From NCBI GenBank assembly GCA_965203465.1, contig CBDBCR010000003.1, positions 800,001 through 864,000 of the forward strand: a DNA stretch of 64,000 nt, written 5' to 3'. The DNA is from Nitrosopumilaceae archaeon (lineage in GTDB: Archaea; Thermoproteota; Nitrososphaeria; Nitrososphaerales; Nitrosopumilaceae). Of this stretch, positions 58,206 to 64,000 are shown piece after piece. Position 1 is the first letter of the stretch, and the number at the start of each line of letters is the position of its first letter. Both the position numbers and the translations under genes were made by a program. Below the pieces are notes generated by a model, which worked only from the letters and a program-made list of their open reading frames with translations, had not been told where the DNA came from and did no database searches.

Positions 58206-61200
58206 CTAGTCCTGCGCGTTGATGCGCTGGTACCCGAACAATTCTTCGAAGAGCAGCGCGGCCCGCCGCTGCTCTGCCAATACGGCCTCGCGGAGGCGCC
58301 GCTCGTCGGCCTCCAGGTCGGGCAGCTGCGGGGCCGGCGCCGGCGCGTCCGGCTCCGGTACCGGCATCATGGCGTCCAGTATTTTCTGCGCGGCCATCAC
58401 CTGCGCGTACAGGTGGTCGCGGAACTCCGGATCCCCGCGGTCGTAGCCCTGCATCGGGATGCCGTCGTACAGGTACATCGATTCGTCGATGTCGTGGTAC
58501 AGCCTCGACTGGTTGTACAGCGGCATGTACTCGCCTTCGGGCGAGAGCTTGAACAGGTGGCCTTCCCCGTCGATCATGACGTCCGTGTTTGAGGATATCG
58601 GGTACAGCAGCATCCCGTCCACCTCGATCCCCGGCTGCGGGTCCATCGGCTCGCCCGAGACGTGTATGCCGTGGTTGTAGTAGTTTTGCCAAGAGTTGCG
58701 CTCCCTGTCCCACACGTCGGTCCCGACGATGTCGAACTCGAGCGGCGCCCGGAACATGTGTGTTATGGTGACGGAGAGGCACTCGAGCGAAGAGCCCGCC
58801 GAGCAGTCCACCACGTCGTGCGAGGCCGACAGCGTGTCGATGTCGATGGCGCCGTCCGGATCTATGACCGAGACCGTCCCGGTCCCGTCGAACGCAATGT
58901 CGTAGTTTATCACGGCCCTGCTCTCCGATATGACCTCGCCGGAGCGCAGGCCGAATGCAAGCGACACGTGCTCTACGTTGCGCGGCCCCTCGTTCTCGTA
59001 CATCTTTAGCGCGACGGTGTTCTGCTTTCCGACCTCGGATTCGATCAGCGGGTACGGGGTGAAAAAGTACGCCACATCCGAGGACAGACCGTTGTACGAA
59101 AATCCGCCGTCCACCAGTTTGGCCCCGTACTCGTCGTAGCCGAGCGTCGGCGGTGTGCAGTCGTCGCACTCCGAGCCTCTGGACGGAAGGACGGGCCCCG
59201 TCCCCCACGCCGAAAAGTGGCCGGTCCAGACAGTCGAGCTCTCCCGCACGTAGCACGAGCCCGAGTCGGTCCCGTCCTGCTCCTCGAGGGAGGCCAGGTG
59301 CCCGGCAGCCTGCGCGTGCGTCGAAGAGCCGGTCAGCTCTTCGGGGCACTCTTGGACCGCGAGGGTCTGCCCGCCGGTCACCACGAATACAAGTTCCTGC
59401 AGCGGCGTCGAAAACTCTATGCGGGCAGGCAGCGACAGCTCGACGCGCCCGGCCGGATCGCCCACCTCCACGAGGGTCGCCGACTGCGAGGTGTCCAGCC
59501 TGTACGAGAACGCGTAGTCGTCGGACGGCACGGTGGAACTGGACGCCGACATTGGCAGCGTCTGATCCGCGGGCAGCCCGCCCACCTGCAGGCCGGCGGG
59601 CAATACGACGGTGGCAGTGGCGAACCGGACGGTCAGCCCGGATCCAAACTCGGCGGTCTGCCCGCCCGCCGAGGCCACGCTCGCGGCCGGCGGGGCCGGA
59701 TCGGGAAGCAGCGAGGCGTTGATGGCTACCGGCTGCCGGGCCACGACGGTCCTTACGATCGAGTCGGGCGGCAGGATCAGCTCCGCCCGCCCGTCCCTGG
59801 CCGTGTCGCGCAATACGACCGCCCCGTCGCGCGCGTCTGCCGGGACAAGCGACTTTGCGCCGCCGTTTAGCAGCGCGTTGCCCACCCTGTCGGTGACCCC
59901 GGAGACTTGGAAGTCGATGCGGGTGCTGGACATCAGCTCGGCGTTGCTCTGGGCCAGCATGGCGAGTACAGAGGCGGTGCCCGAGCCGTGCACGAAAGAG
60001 GCTGCAGGCACCGACGAGGCGCCGTACTCGAAGAGCGTATAGTCGGAGGCGGCGGTCACCACCGGCTCGGAATAAAAGAGCGCGATGGAACGGTCTCCGA
60101 CCAGCGATGCCTGCTCTAGCTGCGGGGCCGTGTTGTCCACCAGGACGTTGGGGCCGGTCAGCCTCTCCTCTCCGAAGGTGACTGGCACGCCGTCGATCAT
60201 CACCTCTACGCTGATGTCCAGCGGGCCGTCCGCGTCGGTCCCGCAGGCGGCCCACTCTGCGGCGAACTGCTTGGCCGGCGGGGTCGTCTCTTCGACCGAG
60301 CTTTCCGGGTTGGGGAGCGGGGGCTGCAGGGACGCGCTCCTGCCGTTTATCAGTATGTCGAACTCGCCCATGGTGAACGTCTCCTCGGCCCGGAACGAAA
60401 TGTCCACTATCGTCCTGCCGGCCGCGTCGTCCACGCACGCGCCGGCCCCGGACGTCAGGACGCGCTGGCCGCCCTGCAGCACCAGGGTGCCGGTCGGCTC
60501 GTAAGAGGCGCCGCCCGTCGCCATGCCCGAGGGGTGCCGCGAGGTGAGCGTGAACTCTGTCACCGTCAGCGGCACCTCGTAGTGCGGTATTTTTACGGCT
60601 TGGCCGTCGCGCACCTGCGAGAGCTCGAACTCCGCCGACGCCAGGTCCCCGTTGGCGTCCAGCGTGTTGTCGCCGGCCAGCCCGCGGTGCCCGTCGGCGG
60701 CGTCCGGGATCGCCTCGCGCAGCTGTGCCGCGTCGAACGAGGGGGCCTGCATCATGGCCCTGCCCAGCAGGCGGACCGCGTCGTAGGCGGCGTACGTGGG
60801 CATGCCGAACTCGCCGTGGCGGTCGTCGAGCATCGACGAGATCGCCCGGGTCGCCTGCGCGAACGAGGGGTGCTCCCTGTTGGGCACCTCTTCTATCAGC
60901 GTGTATTTGGTCCGCGAGACGAATTCTATGATGCGCTCGGACTGCGCTATTATGGCCTCGGCCGAGATGGGGCCAGAGGCCGACAGCCCGCTGGCCGCCG
61001 AATACGCCGCCCGGTACGGCGCGGCCTCCGGCGAAGGGCTCGAAGCTGCGAGCTGCGCGGCCACCGCCCTTATGCGGTCCCTGTCCAGTATGGTCTCGAG
61101 CGTCGAGGTTCCCGATGCCGCCTGCCGGAGCAGCTCCACGCCGCGCTCGGTGAGCGAGTGCGAGAGCGTGTTGTCCAGCGCGACCATGCCGAACCACTGC

Positions 61201-64000
61201 GACGTCCCCAGGGCTTGCGCGGCCGGCGGGGCGCCGGGCGCCGACGAGGCCCCGATGGCGGCCGACATCACCGTCACGGCGTCTGCGCTGAACTCGAGGG
61301 TCAGCACCGCCGAGTTGCCCGTCTTGTGGGCCGCCGCCATGGCGGCCGCCAGCGCGGCCGGGTCGGCGACGGGCGACTCGTGCGGGACCAGGCTGGCCGT
61401 GCGGGAGCCGGTCGCGAACTCGTCCCGTATCTGCTCGGCCAGGGCGCGCTCCCACGGATCGTCCCTGAACACCACGGTCACGTGCGTCTTGCCGGCCTTT
61501 GCGAGCTGCTCGGCCGCGAACGAGCCTGCGAGCGCGTCGGGCGGCAACGTCCTGAATATCCCGTCGTCCTCGGCCAGCGAATGGGCCCCCAGCGGCACCG
61601 TCTCCCAGATGTCGCTGCCGAACTCGCGGTTGCCCTCGGCCAGCGAGGCGGCCGTCGAGCCGTAGCTTAGCAGGGTGATGCCGCGCTGCTCTGCGTACTG
61701 CTTTACCTGGGCGAGGCTAGCGGAGGTGGCCGGCCCTATAACCGCCTTTACGCCGGCCCCGTCAAGTTCTATCAGCTGCGCGAGCGCCTCGGAGGGCCGG
61801 CCCCCCGTGTCGCGCACGTCCAGCGTCGCGCGCCAGTCCGCGCCCTGCGCTTCCAGTTCCGCGTTGAGGTCGATCACGGCCGCCCTCATGGCCGCCTCCC
61901 AGTGCAGGCCCAGCGGCGAGACCGGGCCGGTCAGCGGAACCAGGGCGCCGACGCTCACCGTGCGCATGCCCCCCAGCCCGGCAGGCTCCGTAAGATCCAG
62001 GACGGTCAGCCCGCCGCGCGTGTTGTTCAGGCCGGTCACCGCCGCGTTGGACGAGGCGACGGCCGCGTACAGCCGCCCGTCGACGGTCCTGAGCGAGACG
62101 CCCAGCGGGTCGTCCAGGCCGACGCGCTCGCCGGCCGGATCGTTGTGGCCGTCGCGCGCGTACGCGAGGCGCTGCGGCGACGCGGGATCCGTGACGTCTA
62201 TCAAAAACAGCCCGTCGGGCTGATCGACCGTGGCGGCCAGCACGGTGCGCCCGCCGGCCCCGGAGACGTCGATCCGCTCGATGCTGTCGAGGGACGCCAG
62301 CGGGTGGCCGTCCAGGTACGGGCCGATGACGCCCGCCGAGCGGGGCGCGGACGGATCTTTCAGGTTCACTATCTGGATGAATTCGCCGCTGTATTCGTCA
62401 GGGTCGTCGCTGGCCACTATGGCCGCGTGCGGCACGCCGCCCAGCTCGAATGCGAGCACCTGCCCGGGCGAGAACAAGTCGCCGAACGCGCGCCCGTCCC
62501 TGTCGAGCATGCCCGGCGTTATGGAGGCCGCGCGCTTTGGATTCGCAGGATCCGAAAGATCCAGTATCTGGACGGAGCCGTCGCCGTCGTTGCCGTAATA
62601 CCAGTCGTCCAGCGAGGACACCACCGCGTACGTCGAGCCGCCGGACTCGAAGGTGTCTATGCCGACCGGGTTGTACAGCGAATCGAAGAGGCGGCCGTCG
62701 GCGTCCCTCTCGCCGGCCACGGCGAACGATATCTGCTGGATGGCGGCCGGATTTGAAATGTCCAGTATCGTCACGGCGCCCTGGTACTGGCTGTATGTCC
62801 CGCCGTACTGCGAGGCGAACGCGACGTAGGTCTTGCCGCCAGTCTCAAAGACGGCCAAGTCCGAGATTGTCAGCAGCGCGTCGATGTTGGTGGCCCAGGC
62901 GCCGTTGTTGACCGAGTACCCGCTGTTGGGGTTGCCCGGATCCGTAATGTCCACCATCTGGAACCCGCCCACCTGGTACGGGGCGCCCGGCGAGACCGCG
63001 ACGGCGTACGTGCGGTCCCCTATCTTGACTATCTCTACGGCGTCGGTCCCGTCCAGCTCGGCCAGCCGGCGCAGCGGGTCGGCGGCAAGGTCGGTCGTCG
63101 GCGTGATGCAGTGCAGCTGCTGCCCGGTGTACTGGTTGGGATCGGCGCAACCGTACATCGGCGAGCGGCCGTCGGCCATGTATGAGACCGAGCGCGGAGA
63201 GTACGGATCCGTGATATCTACTATCTGCAGGCCGTTGTCGTCCGCCGATGCCACCACGGCGAACGTGCCGGCCGAGCCGCGCAGGCTGACCGTTTCTGCC
63301 GGCGCCTCCGGCGAGCCGATCCTGCCGGACAGGTGAGCCTGCTCGGTGGCCGGATCGTAGCGCACGGTACTCCACATGCCCGAATACAGGGTGCGCGCCA
63401 GCTCTTCGCCGTCCACCGCGTACACGTCCACGTCGGCCGCGCCGCCCAAACTGTGGTAGTGCGTTATGGACGGTATGTTGAAGGCGTACCCCGGATCGTA
63501 GTTTTTCACCGTCCTGTACGGCGAGCCGGGCGATACCGGGGAGCCCGACGCCTGCCCGTCCGTTATCGCCGAGGCGAGCACCGCGGCCGTGTCCACGGGC
63601 GCGTACGCGGAGCGCGCCGAGATTTGTACAGACTGCGCGGCCAGCGCGCGCTCGTGAAAGTCCTCGATGTTTCCGGGCGCGTACGATATGGACTGGCCGG
63701 CCGCGACCGGGTCGCGGAACGTGACGTACGCCGAGATCACCGCCGTCGGATCCAGGTACTGCGTGGTCCAGCTGGCCGGCACCGGCCACAGTATGGTGGG
63801 CAGATCGGGGCGCGGCGGGGGCGGTATGTCCCGGAGTATCACGCGCTCCTGGGGCACACGAACGGATACGGCTCCGCTGCCGCCGGACGACCACGCCTCG
63901 GCCGAGCCGGCGCCGGTCACGGGCATGTTGAAGTATATCCGCACGGTGTTGGGCGAGACCGACTCTGCGGACATTATGGCGGGCAGCACGGACGGGTCGG
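58206..64000 (-). CDS. Giant multidomain surface protein (partial; frame is open to the window edge)
   Basis: More than 1927 aa. Repeated (L/V)QI(V/L)D(I/L)(T/S)DP LVIVD-like blades, a type-1 periplasmic-binding-like domain (VGALVPLTG..VIGPATS..AAYDAV), and a C-terminal DCTPPTLG domain. Confidence 0.85.
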   Translation of the reverse strand, partial: DPSVLPAIMSAESVSPNTVRIYFNMPVTGAGSAEAWSSGGSGAVSVRVPQERVILRDIPPPPRPDLPTILWPVPASWTTQYLDPTAVISAYVTFRDPVAAGQSISYAPGNIEDFHERALAAQSVQISARSAYAPVDTAAVLASAITDGQASGSPVSPGSPYRTVKNYDPGYAFNIPSITHYHSLGGAADVDVYAVDGEELARTLYSGMWSTVRYDPATEQAHLSGRIGSPEAPAETVSLRGSAGTFAVVASADDNGLQIVDITDPYSPRSVSYMADGRSPMYGCADPNQYTGQQLHCITPTTDLAADPLRRLAELDGTDAVEIVKIGDRTYAVAVSPGAPYQVGGFQMVDITDPGNPNSGYSVNNGAWATNIDALLTISDLAVFETGGKTYVAFASQYGGTYSQYQGAVTILDISNPAAIQQISFAVAGERDADGRLFDSLYNPVGIDTFESGGSTYAVVSSLDDWYYGNDGDGSVQILDLSDPANPKRAASITPGMLDRDGRAFGDLFSPGQVLAFELGGVPHAAIVASDDPDEYSGEFIQIVNLKDPSAPRSAGVIGPYLDGHPLASLDSIERIDVSGAGGRTVLAATVDQPDGLFLIDVTDPASPQRLAYARDGHNDPAGERVGLDDPLGVSLRTVDGRLYAAVASSNAAVTGLNNTRGGLTVLDLTEPAGLGGMRTVSVGALVPLTGPVSPLGLHWEAAMRAAVIDLNAELEAQGADWRATLDVRDTGGRPSEALAQLIELDGAGVKAVIGPATSASLAQVKQYAEQRGITLLSYGSTAASLAEGNREFGSDIWETVPLGAHSLAEDDGIFRTLPPDALAGSFAAEQLAKAGKTHVTVVFRDDPWERALAEQIRDEFATGSRTASLVPHESPVADPAALAAAMAAAHKTGNSAVLTLEFSADAVTVMSAAIGASSAPGAPPAAQALGTSQWFGMVALDNTLSHSLTERGVELLRQAASGTSTLETILDRDRIRAVAAQLAASSPSPEAAPYRAAYSAASGLSASGPISAEAIIAQSERIIEFVSRTKYTLIEEVPNREHPSFAQATRAISSMLDDRHGEFGMPTYAAYDAVRLLGRAMMQAPSFDAAQLREAIPDAADGHRGLAGDNTLDANGDLASAEFELSQVRDGQAVKIPHYEVPLTVTEFTLTSRHPSGMATGGASYEPTGTLVLQGGQRVLTSGAGACVDDAAGRTIVDISFRAEETFTMGEFDILINGRSASLQPPLPNPESSVEETTPPAKQFAAEWAACGTDADGPLDISVEVMIDGVPVTFGEERLTGPNVLVDNTAPQLEQASLVGDRSIALFYSEPVVTAASDYTLFEYGASSVPAASFVHGSGTASVLAMLAQSNAELMSSTRIDFQVSGVTDRVGNALLNGGAKSLVPADARDGAVVLRDTARDGRAELILPPDSIVRTVVARQPVAINASLLPDPAPPAASVASAGGQTAEFGSGLTVRFATATVVLPAGLQVGGLPADQTLPMSASSSTVPSDDYAFSYRLDTSQSATLVEVGDPAGRVELSLPARIEFSTPLQELVFVVTGGQTLAVQECPEELTGSSTHAQAAGHLASLEEQDGTDSGSCYVRESSTVWTGHFSAWGTGPVLPSRGSECDDCTPPTLGYDEYGAKLVDGGFSYNGLSSDVAYFFTPYPLIESEVGKQNTVALKMYENEGPRNVEHVSLAFGLRSGEVISESRAVINYDIAFDGTGTVSVIDPDGAIDIDTLSASHDVVDCSAGSSLECLSVTITHMFRAPLEFDIVGTDVWDRERNSWQNYYNHGIHVSGEPMDPQPGIEVDGMLLYPISSNTDVMIDGEGHLFKLSPEGEYMPLYNQSRLYHDIDESMYLYDGIPMQGYDRGDPEFRDHLYAQVMAAQKILDAMMPVPEPDAPAPAPQLPDLEADERRLREAVLAEQRRAALLFEELFGYQRINAQD

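Noticed and set aside
58171-61455. 1094-aa alternative-frame ORF and many other long Arg/Gly/Pro-rich overlapping ORFs
   Set aside because: Shadow ORFs caused by high GC; they carry no motifs and overlap well-supported genes.

Overview
The window is high-GC archaeal DNA whose core genes point to an ammonia-oxidising Nitrososphaerota (Nitrosopumilaceae, Cenarchaeum-like). This is inferred from the nuoABCDHIJKM order without nuoEFG, the acetyl/propionyl-CoA carboxylase of the 3HP/4HB cycle, argG-lysW-lysX, a CFI-box-CTERM tail and a giant surface protein. Housekeeping blocks alternate with accessory patches, most of them lower in GC. The main candidate system is a complete dndBCDE+dndA DNA phosphorothioation operon with no dndFGH or pbeABCD in the window. 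It is flanked by a convergent OLD-like ABC-ATPase/TOPRIM gene with altered catalytic motifs and by a divergent, low-GC AIPR-family gene, and a G14 tract puts the 5' end of dndB out of frame. The second candidate is a run of three unrelated toxin-antitoxin pairs punctuated by three copies of an ~86-bp imperfect hairpin. Other items are a PD-(D/E)XK two-gene cassette, tandem ADP-ribosylglycohydrolases, an IS630 inserted in a vapC gene, a 73-bp tandem repeat and two tRNAs. Several frameshifts fall in homopolymer runs, one of them in an essential gene, so assembly indel errors are likely and weaken the pseudogene and phase-variation calls. All family assignments come from motif recognition by eye; no database searches were run.
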